Source: an uncultured Gammaproteobacteria bacterium
GTDB taxonomy: Bacteria; Patescibacteriota; Microgenomatia; CAYXHB01; CAZYTL01
DNA: 64,000 nucleotides
NCBI GenBank assembly: GCA_964650355.1
Contig: CAZYTL010000002.1
Coordinates: 6,964 to 70,963 of the forward strand
Direction: 5' to 3'
Below are positions 38,914-47,426 of the stretch, one piece after another (the first letter of the stretch is position 1; each line of letters begins with the position of its first letter). Made by a program: the position numbers and the translations under genes. Below the pieces are notes generated by a model. That model had not been told where the DNA came from and did not search any database. It worked only from the letters and a program-made list of their open reading frames with translations.

Positions 38914-39696
38914 TTATATCCCCACGCTGTCGTAGACGGTGAGGCCTTTTTTCCACATGCGAGTGCTGATGAAAAACAGGCAACCATTAAGCAACAATCC
39001 GGTCAGGAAATTGTTGAGATTGAAACCGTGACGCAGCACGTCAACCGGGAGGTTGACGATAAAGAAAATGGGGATAATGAACATGAATAAGTTGGCGAGA
39101 AAACCGTCAAAAATGTCTTTGGGATAGCGGGAGATGTTTTGCAGTTCCCAATATAAATTGTTTAAGTAGTTGACATTAGTAGCCCAAAAGGACAGCGACA
39201 TAATGATCAGCAGAATCCATGTAAAAATCCCGACGCCAATGAGCACCATGGCTAGATAACCAATGATTTGCAGTAGGGAGAAGTTGAATTGATAATTCAC
39301 CAGATAATAAACTAGTAAGACTGGAGTGTTCAGTGAAGTCGATAAAAAGCCAATTTCAGAAATTGCTAAATTAAAAAGGGGGCTAAATGGCTTAATTAAA
39401 TAAGTATTCAGGCTACCATCAAGAATTCTGTCTTGTAAGCGGACAATGCCGCCGGAAGTAAATCGCCAGAAAATATCCCAAAATAAGGACAAGGTAAAAA
39501 TAAGCAATACGGCGTCTCTAAATGTCCAGCCGGCGAAACTGCCTACGCTGGAAAAAATGCTTTGAAAAAATAGCAGATCGACAATCACCCAAATAAACAA
39601 GTTGAAGACCTGTAGCCAAGCGGATAACCGATAAACCGTGGATTTGGTCAAGTTAAGCCGATGATAATGGAGATAAATTTTCAGTGCTTTGAGCAT
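38914..39696 (-). CDS. ABC-2 family permease (DUF990-like)
   Basis: AGWT, GSLNTYLIKP, SRYPKDIF; about 6 TM. Confidence 0.88.
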   Translation of the reverse strand: MLKALKIYLHYHRLNLTKSTVYRLSAWLQVFNLFIWVIVDLLFFQSIFSSVGSFAGWTFRDAVLLIFTLSLFWDIFWRFTSGGIVRLQDRILDGSLNTYLIKPFSPLFNLAISEIGFLSTSLNTPVLLVYYLVNYQFNFSLLQIIGYLAMVLIGVGIFTWILLIIMSLSFWATNVNYLNNLYWELQNISRYPKDIFDGFLANLFMFIIPIFFIVNLPVDVLRHGFNLNNFLTGLLLNGCLFFISTRMWKKGLTVYDSVGI

Positions 39697-39699
39697 AAA

Positions 39700-40500
39700 T
39701 TAGATGCCGATAGATTCATATCTTTTAATGCCTTTTTGCCAAAGAAAGTAGTTAAATTTAAGCAAAATCAAAACCCAGAGAAATTGAATGGTTAGTTGGC
39801 AAAGTAAATTGTTAAGCGATAATTGGGATGTGGTCAGGATGGTGGTGGGAAAATAAATGGTTGCGGAAAAGGGCAAAAATTTCAAAATTGTTTGGAGCAG
39901 GTCAGGAAACAAAATAATAGGAATATATCCGCCGGCCAGAAATTTAGCCAGTTTTTTAACTGTACTGATGAGAAATTCTGATTCGATGATCCAAAAAGTG
40001 CGGTTGCCGATGATGAGGTAGAGTTGGCAATAAATAATTAACCCTAAAAATACGGCAAGGATGAAGCCGGCAATTCGATAAAAGCTCAGAGTATAAGTTA
40101 GTTGGGGGAGAGTTAACAAAATTAATATAAATAAAATTAAGGCAACGATGGCTTCGAAAAGAAATATACCTACATTCCCGGATAAGAAATAGATAATATA
40201 GTCCAGTGGTTTGATTAAATAAATGCTCACTTGGCCGTCTTTAATTTCTTTATAAATTTTTCTGCCGACATTGGTATCCACTAAGGAAGAGACGATCACT
40301 GCCAATAATGTGTAGCTAATCATTTGCCCAAAAGTCTGGCCTTTGACAGTCTCTCTGGTGGCATAAATTAGACGCCAAAATGCATATAAGGTAACGAAAA
40401 ATAGCAATCTAGTGATGATTGCCATAGAGGTATTGAACCGATATTCAAGCCTGTTCCGAATACTTAATTTGACGGCAAAGAAGTATTTTCTGAGTTTCAT
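39700..40500 (-). CDS. ABC-2 family permease (DUF990-like)
   Basis: LEYR, IKDGQVSIYLIKP, GGYIPI.LFP, LPF; about 6 TM. Confidence 0.88.
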   Translation of the reverse strand: MKLRKYFFAVKLSIRNRLEYRFNTSMAIITRLLFFVTLYAFWRLIYATRETVKGQTFGQMISYTLLAVIVSSLVDTNVGRKIYKEIKDGQVSIYLIKPLDYIIYFLSGNVGIFLFEAIVALILFILILLTLPQLTYTLSFYRIAGFILAVFLGLIIYCQLYLIIGNRTFWIIESEFLISTVKKLAKFLAGGYIPIILFPDLLQTILKFLPFSATIYFPTTILTTSQLSLNNLLCQLTIQFLWVLILLKFNYFLWQKGIKRYESIGI

Positions 40501-40671
40501 ATAGACAAATTAGTACTACAAAATCCAGAAGAAATGAAGGGTCAGTTTCGGGATTTATTGGGGTCATTACAATAGTCCGAAAGGCCAAATAATAAAAAAC
40601 TGAGTTGAATTTCGTCTACCCGGTGTCAGTTAGATGACTGTTGTTTTTATGCTGAAGTTTATAATTAGATT

Positions 40672-41142
40672 ATGCTAAAAGTTGGTGATCAGGCCCCGTT
40701 GGAAATTAAGGTGAAAAGTATGCAGGGACAGGATGTATCCCTGAAAGATTTATTGGGTAAGTACGTGGTGGTGTATTTTTATCCCAGAGACAATACTCCG
40801 GGATGTACCAAAGAGGCTTGTAGTTTCCGAGACGTGAATACGGAGTTAAAGAAATTAGGAGTGAAGGTGATCGGAGTAAGCAAGGACAGCGTCAAATCGC
40901 ACCAGAAGTTTATTGATAAATATGGCTTAAATTTTGAACTCTGGTCTGATGAAGAACACAAATTAATTGAAGCGTTCGGAGCTTGGCAAGAGAAAAAGTT
41001 CATGGGCAGGAGTTTTATGGGCACGGTGAGGTCAACGTTTGTGATTGATCCCCAAGGAAAGATTTTTCAGGTATGGGAGAAGGTGAAGCCTGATGGTCAC
41101 GGAGAGGAAGTGTTGAAGTTGATGAAAGAAACTTTGAGATGA
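40672..41142 (+). CDS. bcp: Peroxiredoxin Bcp/PrxQ
   Basis: YFYPRDNTPGCTKEAC. Confidence 0.96.
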   Translation: MLKVGDQAPLEIKVKSMQGQDVSLKDLLGKYVVVYFYPRDNTPGCTKEACSFRDVNTELKKLGVKVIGVSKDSVKSHQKFIDKYGLNFELWSDEEHKLIEAFGAWQEKKFMGRSFMGTVRSTFVIDPQGKIFQVWEKVKPDGHGEEVLKLMKETLR

Positions 41143-42180
41143 TTATTTAAATTCAGTAATAAATTGTCGGCGTTTTTTGGTGGCTTTGCCTTTGGCACCA
41201 AGGACGGGATGAAGGGAAAGGTCTGCTGAATACTTACTCGCGGGAGGCGTTCTTCCCAATGCTTCAGCCATAGACCGCACGTGATGCGGGCTGCCTCCAC
41301 AGCAGATGCCGATGTAATTAACTCCTAATTCTTTGGCTTGCTTGGCAAAGTCGGCCATTTCAAACCTGGTTAATGTGAAAGGGTCAAGAGCGATGTAGGT
41401 GTGTTGTTCACCTTTCTGTTTCAGATGTTGGAAAATTGGCCGTTTTTGAGTGGTGCGATAAGGTACCGGTTGGGCGGCAATATAGCCACTTACTTTGTTT
41501 CTAAGTTTCTTTAATAACGGCAACATAGTAGCAGGACCTCGGCTGCAATTATAGCCGACGATATCAGCGCCTTGATCGTGGAGTTTCTTGCAGGCAGTTT
41601 CCCAATGATATCCGTCATGGGTTTTTTCTCCGGTAGTAGCAAAAGTGATCATGGCAGGAAATCCAGCTTCTTTAATTACTTGCAGTGCGATGAGTGCTTC
41701 ACCATAATGACTAAATGTTTCGGCGATCACAAAGTCGATGCCTTCTTCTTTGGCCCAAGTAACTTGTTCTTCAAACATGGGACGAACTATTTTTTCGGAG
41801 CGGGAATGATTTTGAGGATCATATTCCCATGTATTACTTAAGTCACCTGCCACCAAGGCATTACCTGCTCGAGCAATTTCCTGGGCTAGTCTGACGGCCT
41901 GGCGATTGAGATCTTCTAATAGATGTTCTTTACCAATGGCGCGCATTTTAGCCCGATGGCCATAATAGGTAAAGGCGACCATCACTTCTGCTCCGGCGCG
42001 GAGAAAGTCGCGATGCAGTTGTTTGACCGCTTCAGGGTGATCTAAAACCACCTCTGGGACATAAGGGCCGGCTTTAAGATAGCCTCGTCGTTCCAATTCA
42101 AATAGGTAACCTTCGGCGCCGAGAACTACTCCCTTTTTCAATCTGTCAAGAAGTCCGGGTTTGGTTTTGCGAAATTTCAT
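41143..42180 (-). CDS. Homocysteine S-methyltransferase family (BHMT-like)
   Basis: GYLFELERRGY, LHRDFLRAGA, IAETF, GYNC, GICCG Zn ligands. Confidence 0.92.
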   Translation of the reverse strand: MKFRKTKPGLLDRLKKGVVLGAEGYLFELERRGYLKAGPYVPEVVLDHPEAVKQLHRDFLRAGAEVMVAFTYYGHRAKMRAIGKEHLLEDLNRQAVRLAQEIARAGNALVAGDLSNTWEYDPQNHSRSEKIVRPMFEEQVTWAKEEGIDFVIAETFSHYGEALIALQVIKEAGFPAMITFATTGEKTHDGYHWETACKKLHDQGADIVGYNCSRGPATMLPLLKKLRNKVSGYIAAQPVPYRTTQKRPIFQHLKQKGEQHTYIALDPFTLTRFEMADFAKQAKELGVNYIGICCGGSPHHVRSMAEALGRTPPASKYSADLSLHPVLGAKGKATKKRRQFITEFK

Positions 42181-42278
42181 AAGCAATACGGCGATAATAG
42201 CAGCCTAATCCGAATCGGTCAAGATTGATAATCGGCAGTTCTATTGCAATTGATTTCCAGATTCGATAACTTATTAAT

Positions 42279-42974
42279 ATGAAGAGAAATAAATTTTGGC
42301 TGGGGTTTTTGGTGTTGGTATTGGGAGTTGAGGCAGTACTGTTCAAACCGCAACTGGATTGGGCGAGAAAGAATTTATCTCATCAGCATCGGGTGACAGG
42401 TGAGGATTTAAGCGGGGTTTACGATCCCGGAGAGGTAACTGGTTCCTGGTGGGGACAAGTTGTCCGATCTACTCAATTTTCAGAGCCGGAAAAGCTGGCT
42501 GATAAAAGGGTATTAGGTCAAACCACAGACAATAAACGCATTGAAATTGATTTGACAAACCAGAAGTTATATGCGTTCGAAGGTGAACGGAAGGTTTATG
42601 ACTTTCCTATTTCTTCCGGGTTGTATGACTGGACACCAAGAGGGGTGTTTAACATCTGGATCAAATTAAAGTACACCAGGATGGAAGGTGGAAATCCGGC
42701 ATTGGGAACTTATTATAATTTGCCCAATGTACCTTATACCATGTATTTTGCCAATGCTGACATTCCGCCCTGGAGAGGGTTTGGCATCCACGGGGCTTAT
42801 TGGCACAATGATTTCGGCCGGCCGAAAAGCCATGGGTGTGTTAATTTGCGACCGGAAGATGCGGCACTGCTTTACTATTGGGCAACGCCTGATTTACACG
42901 GCAAGAATTCTATTCGGGCCACAGCCGACAATCCGGGAACACAGATTATTATTTATGGAAAGTATCAAGGGTAG
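42279..42974 (+). CDS. L,D-transpeptidase (YkuD family)
   Basis: N-terminal anchor, IEIDLTNQKL, GIHGAYWH...SHGCVN. Confidence 0.93.
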   Translation: MKRNKFWLGFLVLVLGVEAVLFKPQLDWARKNLSHQHRVTGEDLSGVYDPGEVTGSWWGQVVRSTQFSEPEKLADKRVLGQTTDNKRIEIDLTNQKLYAFEGERKVYDFPISSGLYDWTPRGVFNIWIKLKYTRMEGGNPALGTYYNLPNVPYTMYFANADIPPWRGFGIHGAYWHNDFGRPKSHGCVNLRPEDAALLYYWATPDLHGKNSIRATADNPGTQIIIYGKYQG

Positions 42975-42992
42975 GTGAAAAACGATCTTAAC

Positions 42993-43006
42993 CCGCCGGC
43001 TGGCGG
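42993..43006. terminator. GC hairpin between convergent genes
   Basis: CCGCC-ggct-GGCGG. Confidence 0.4.
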
Positions 43007-43042
43007 AACGAATCCTATCTGAATGGTACGAATAATTGTTGT

Positions 43043-44845
43043 TTACTCTTTATAGCTTTCGGACTGGATACGGAAGAGTTTGGCATAGAGGCCATTATGT
43101 TTCATTAGTTCCTGATGGCTGCCCTGCTCCACTAGTTTGCCTGATTCGATGACCACGATTCGGTCAGCTCTTTTCACAGTAGAAAATCGGTGGGAAATTA
43201 ATATCATGATGCGTTTTTTCACTGTACGAATGAGTTTATTAAATATTTCTTCTTCACTCTCCGGGTCTAAGTTGCTGGTCGGTTCATCAAGGATAATGAT
43301 TTTTGATTTTCTAAACAGGGATCGGGCAATGGCCACTTTTTGCCATTGGCCGGTTGAAAGTCCTACACCACCTTCGAGCTCTCTGATTAAAGGAGTTTGA
43401 TAGCCTTGGGACAAGGAAGCTAAATGATCGTTAATACCGGTGAGTTTGGCTACTTTTTTAATTCGATCTAAGTTGGAAATCTGGCTGATTTGACCGTAAC
43501 CGATACTTTCCTGGGCGCTCATGCCATAAGTCTCAAAATCTTGGAATAAAGCGCTGATGAGATGCCAATAATCATGGATGTCAAAATTTTGAATATTAAT
43601 GCCATTGACTAAAATCTGCCCGGATGTAGGTTGGTAGAAACGGCAAAGCAACTTAACCAAGGTGGTTTTACCGGCACCGTTGTGTCCTACGATGGCAATA
43701 TTTTCCTGAGGGTTGATAGTAAAGGAAATGTCTTTTAACGCGTAACGATTGGCGTTAGGGTATTTGAAAGAAACGTTATGAAAGTCAATTTGTTTGATCT
43801 GTTCAAAGGATATTTTGGGGCCCTGGTCAGCGGTTTCAGGAAGATTAAGGATAGTTTGTAATTTTTCAATAAAGACCGAAGTTTCTCTCAGACTGGCATA
43901 ATTATCAATAATTCCCTTGCCCTGATCAGAAAACCGGTAAGTGGTATTGATCAGTAGTTGCCAATTACCAATGGTTCCAGATCCGGCGATCAGTTGTCGC
44001 AGATAAAGGTAGCTGGTGGCAAAGATACCGGCATTAGGTAAGATAGCGCCAATAATTCGGCCTCTAAGTAGTTGGTTCTCTACCTGTTCATAAAATCCTA
44101 ACGATTTGTTTTGCAGTTGAATTAACTTGTTTTTAATGTAGCTCCCGATGTTTAAGATTCTGGCTTCATAACTGCCCTTGATGCTCTCCAAAAATTCCAT
44201 ATAAATATCCATGTAACGACTGACTTTCGAAGTTAAAGCTACCCGCTGGGTGATTTTTTTAACGGCGGGATTTACAGTTAAAGCCCTAGGAATTTGGACA
44301 ACCACCATGATCAGTAAATATAACCAACTGAATCCCAGAATCACTCCACCGGTGACGATTAGGGTAATGGTGGAAGCAACTAAGCTGACTGCTTGGTCTA
44401 CCAGAGGAAAAATCCGCATAGCGCTTTCACGCTTAACTAATACATATTTATCCCGGAAATCGCTGCTTTCAATGGTAGTAACAGGCAAAGCAGCATGTTT
44501 ACTGGCCAAGTCAATTTCAAGTTGAGAGACTAGCCTTCTCTGCAGGATCCGGCCGATGACTATCCGATGACGAAAGCTATATTGATCCCAAGCATCTACA
44601 ATAAAGTGTCCGGCAATAATTAAGGTAATTCTGAAGAGAATAACAGAAGGATCAATCTGGCCGATGAGGGTTAAAGTGTCGATAGTGAGCTTGATAAAAT
44701 AGGCATTGACGACCGGATGAATGCTTTTGTATGTTTGCAAAAATAGCAATAGCCAGATCTTTCTGCCCGCTACCTTGTGACTGTAGGAAAAGCTGAATTT
44801 GACTGCCTGAAGTATGGATTGAATATAATCGGTATGTTTCTTCAT
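43043..44845 (-). CDS. ABC exporter, fused permease/ATPase
   Basis: GHNGAGKTT, LSTGQWQK, ILDEPT, ISHRFST; paralog of 31169-33019. Confidence 0.93.
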   Translation of the reverse strand: MKKHTDYIQSILQAVKFSFSYSHKVAGRKIWLLLFLQTYKSIHPVVNAYFIKLTIDTLTLIGQIDPSVILFRITLIIAGHFIVDAWDQYSFRHRIVIGRILQRRLVSQLEIDLASKHAALPVTTIESSDFRDKYVLVKRESAMRIFPLVDQAVSLVASTITLIVTGGVILGFSWLYLLIMVVVQIPRALTVNPAVKKITQRVALTSKVSRYMDIYMEFLESIKGSYEARILNIGSYIKNKLIQLQNKSLGFYEQVENQLLRGRIIGAILPNAGIFATSYLYLRQLIAGSGTIGNWQLLINTTYRFSDQGKGIIDNYASLRETSVFIEKLQTILNLPETADQGPKISFEQIKQIDFHNVSFKYPNANRYALKDISFTINPQENIAIVGHNGAGKTTLVKLLCRFYQPTSGQILVNGINIQNFDIHDYWHLISALFQDFETYGMSAQESIGYGQISQISNLDRIKKVAKLTGINDHLASLSQGYQTPLIRELEGGVGLSTGQWQKVAIARSLFRKSKIIILDEPTSNLDPESEEEIFNKLIRTVKKRIMILISHRFSTVKRADRIVVIESGKLVEQGSHQELMKHNGLYAKLFRIQSESYKE

Positions 44846-45014
44846 GAAGGATAAATAATTGTTAGCTTTGCCCCTAGCTGGACCCATTGTACAATAGTAA
44901 TTGTATGAGTGAGAATATGAAGGGACAGAAGTTGTACGATAGAAAGGATGATGTCAACTTTCCTGCTATCAATATCTAATCTGATATCATTAAGTTAAAA
45001 TCGTGCTCTAGGCT

Positions 45015-45914
45015 ATGAAGCAGACGATATTTGCCACCAATACTAACCGAGATTTAGCTAAATCATTGACTAAGATCTCAGGCTGGAAAATGGGTAAATG
45101 TTTGGTGGGGAGGTATGCGGATGGGGAGGTACGAGTGGAGTTAGAGGAAGCGGTTGACGGGCAACGCGTTTATGTATTGGGTTCCACTTTTCCGCCCGCG
45201 GAAAATTTTATCGAGTTGTTGTTATTAATTCACACTTTAAAGGTTAACAAGGCTAAAAAGGTAACAGTGGTGATCCCCTATTTGGGTTATGCCAAATCGG
45301 ATCAAATTACAGAACAAAGTAATTCTTTAAGCGCAAAACTCGCAGTTCAATTAATTGAAGAGGTGGGGGTAGATGAATTAATAGCCGTTGATTTACATAG
45401 TAAAGCGGTAGAAAAGTTTTTTACCATCCCCTTGAAATCTCTGAGTGCAGTCCCTTTACTGGCTGATCGGCTTAAAAATCTGAAGATTGATAACTTGGCT
45501 ATTGTCTCTCCTGACTTGGGCGGAGTGGTCAAGGCCAGACGGTTCGCTAAATTGGCAGGAACTAATTTGATGGTAGTGATTGAAAAACACCGACCGCAAG
45601 TAGATCAGGCAGAGGTGGTAAGGATTACCGGAAACGTGAAAGGTAAAAATGCGGTGATTGTAGATGACCTGATTCAGACCGGAAATACTCTGATAAAAGC
45701 GGCTGAATGTTTAAAGAATCATGGGGCAGATGAGATTTATGTATGTGTCACTCATTTAGTACCCACAGCAGGAGCGGTGGAAAAATTAACTAAAAATTCT
45801 GATATTAAAATGGTGATGGTAACAGACACCATTCCCCTACCGAAAGATAGCTTGTCTGAAAAGTTTGAGATTGTTTCGGTAGTTGATTTAATTGCTAAGG
45901 CTATTAATGGATAA
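45015..45914 (+). CDS. prs: Ribose-phosphate pyrophosphokinase (divergent)
   Basis: YADGE, VIPYLGYA, VDLH, VSPDLGG, IVDDLIQTGNTL. Confidence 0.9.
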   Translation: MKQTIFATNTNRDLAKSLTKISGWKMGKCLVGRYADGEVRVELEEAVDGQRVYVLGSTFPPAENFIELLLLIHTLKVNKAKKVTVVIPYLGYAKSDQITEQSNSLSAKLAVQLIEEVGVDELIAVDLHSKAVEKFFTIPLKSLSAVPLLADRLKNLKIDNLAIVSPDLGGVVKARRFAKLAGTNLMVVIEKHRPQVDQAEVVRITGNVKGKNAVIVDDLIQTGNTLIKAAECLKNHGADEIYVCVTHLVPTAGAVEKLTKNSDIKMVMVTDTIPLPKDSLSEKFEIVSVVDLIAKAING

Positions 45915-46536
45915 ACTGGTACAAATTCCTATCAATTCAATTAAGCTTGAGGGCAAGTTGGTGGTTCCGGAATCCACAAAAGAGATGGTAATTTTTTCCT
46001 ACGGCAGTGGTAGCAGCCGGCATAGCCCGAGAGATAACTTTGTGGCAGAAGTGCTACAGAAAGCCGGGATGGGAACTTTACTGTTTGACTTATTAACTGA
46101 GGAGGAAGATGAGACTTATGCCAACCGATTCGATATTGATCTGTTAACTGAAAGGCTAATGATCGCGACTAAATGGGTTCAAAAGCAGATTGAGATAGAA
46201 GGGCTGAATATAGGCTATTTTGGTGCCAGCACCGGAGCTGCTTCGGCCCTCCGAGCCGCAGCCGGTCTCGGAGACGAGATTAAAGCGGTGGTATCCCGCG
46301 GAGGAAGACCGGATTTGGCAAGAGAGGTATTTGGCAAAGTAAAATCTCCTACGCTACTAATTGTGGGAGGCCGTGATTATCAGGTAATTGAGTTGAACCA
46401 ATGGGCATATGAGCAAATTAAGACGGAAAAGGAGTTGAAGATTGTGCCTGGTGCGACTCACTTATTTGAAGAACCGGGAACGCTGGAAGAAGTAGCTGAG
46501 TTAGCAAAAGATTGGTTTAGGAAGTATTTGGTTTGA
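45907..46536 (+). CDS. Alpha/beta hydrolase (dienelactone hydrolase-like, PRTase-associated type)
   Basis: GSGSSRHSPR, GYFGASTGAA, VSRGGRPDLA, PGATHLFEE. Confidence 0.9.
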   Translation: MDKLVQIPINSIKLEGKLVVPESTKEMVIFSYGSGSSRHSPRDNFVAEVLQKAGMGTLLFDLLTEEEDETYANRFDIDLLTERLMIATKWVQKQIEIEGLNIGYFGASTGAASALRAAAGLGDEIKAVVSRGGRPDLAREVFGKVKSPTLLIVGGRDYQVIELNQWAYEQIKTEKELKIVPGATHLFEEPGTLEEVAELAKDWFRKYLV

Positions 46537-47194
46537 TGGATTGGAGAAGTTGAATTACCTGTTCGTCAGAAACCTGGTCGAATTTTTGGTAATAAGCGCC
46601 GACTGCTCCTACGTAGTTTTCAGGAGCCTCAAGAATAATTAGTTCGTCTACTTCTGACTTTATTTGTTCGGCAGTATCTTTAGGAGCCACAGGAATGGCG
46701 GCGATTAGTTTTTTGGGTTGTCGATGTTTAAGTTCCTGGATGGCTAAGCGGAAGGATAACCCAGTAGCTACGCCGTCATCCACTAAGATGGCAATTTTGT
46801 TTTTGGCTTTAAGGCTTGGTTTATCTTTAAGATATGTCTGACGTCTTCTTTGGGCTTCTTGGATTTCTTCTTGAGTTACTTTTTCCAGCCATTGAGGATC
46901 TAAGGAGGTCTTTTCTTGCTCGTTAAATAAGCTATGGCCGTCTTCGGAAACGATACCCACGGCATATTCCGGACTCCAGGGATGGCCGATTTTTCTGGTG
47001 ATGATCAGGTCGAGAGGAGCTTTAAGATGACGGGCAATTTCGACACCTAAAACAACTCCTCCGCGGGGAATGGCGTAGATGATAACCTGCCCTTTGTTTT
47101 GGTATTTTTCCAATTTTTTAGCTAACTGTTGACCAGCGTCAGTTCGATCTTGGAAGGTAATAGACGGTTGGCCTAAAAGTTGGGCCAGACTCAT
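46517..47194 (-). CDS. Phosphoribosyltransferase family protein
   Basis: FQDRTDAGQQLA, PRGGV, RKIG.P, ILVDDGVATG, AVGAYY..F.QVSD. Confidence 0.93.
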   Translation of the reverse strand: MSLAQLLGQPSITFQDRTDAGQQLAKKLEKYQNKGQVIIYAIPRGGVVLGVEIARHLKAPLDLIITRKIGHPWSPEYAVGIVSEDGHSLFNEQEKTSLDPQWLEKVTQEEIQEAQRRRQTYLKDKPSLKAKNKIAILVDDGVATGLSFRLAIQELKHRQPKKLIAAIPVAPKDTAEQIKSEVDELIILEAPENYVGAVGAYYQKFDQVSDEQVIQLLQSIKPNTS

Positions 47195-47426
47195 AATGAT
47201 TATCTAAGAATTAACAGCTATCTGTAGATTTCCGCTGATCCAGTCACGGCGCGTATTTACTGACCTTAAAGTCTCAGGATAAAATAGTAAGCGTGTACCA
47301 CTCTAGATTATACCGGTTAATAACGAATAACAAAATATTTCCTCGTTGTTTAATCAATTAAAGTTCGTTTTTGAGTGACTAAAAGACTCGCGGAGGAGCA
47401 AGATGTAAACTAATACTTAACAAGTT

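Noticed and set aside
47215-47312. Possible riboswitch (ZTP or PRPP/ykkC) upstream of the PRTase, containing GTGACTGG and a small hairpin
   Set aside because: The other conserved elements of these aptamers are missing; the stretch could equally be a decayed small ORF (VVHAYYFILRL*).
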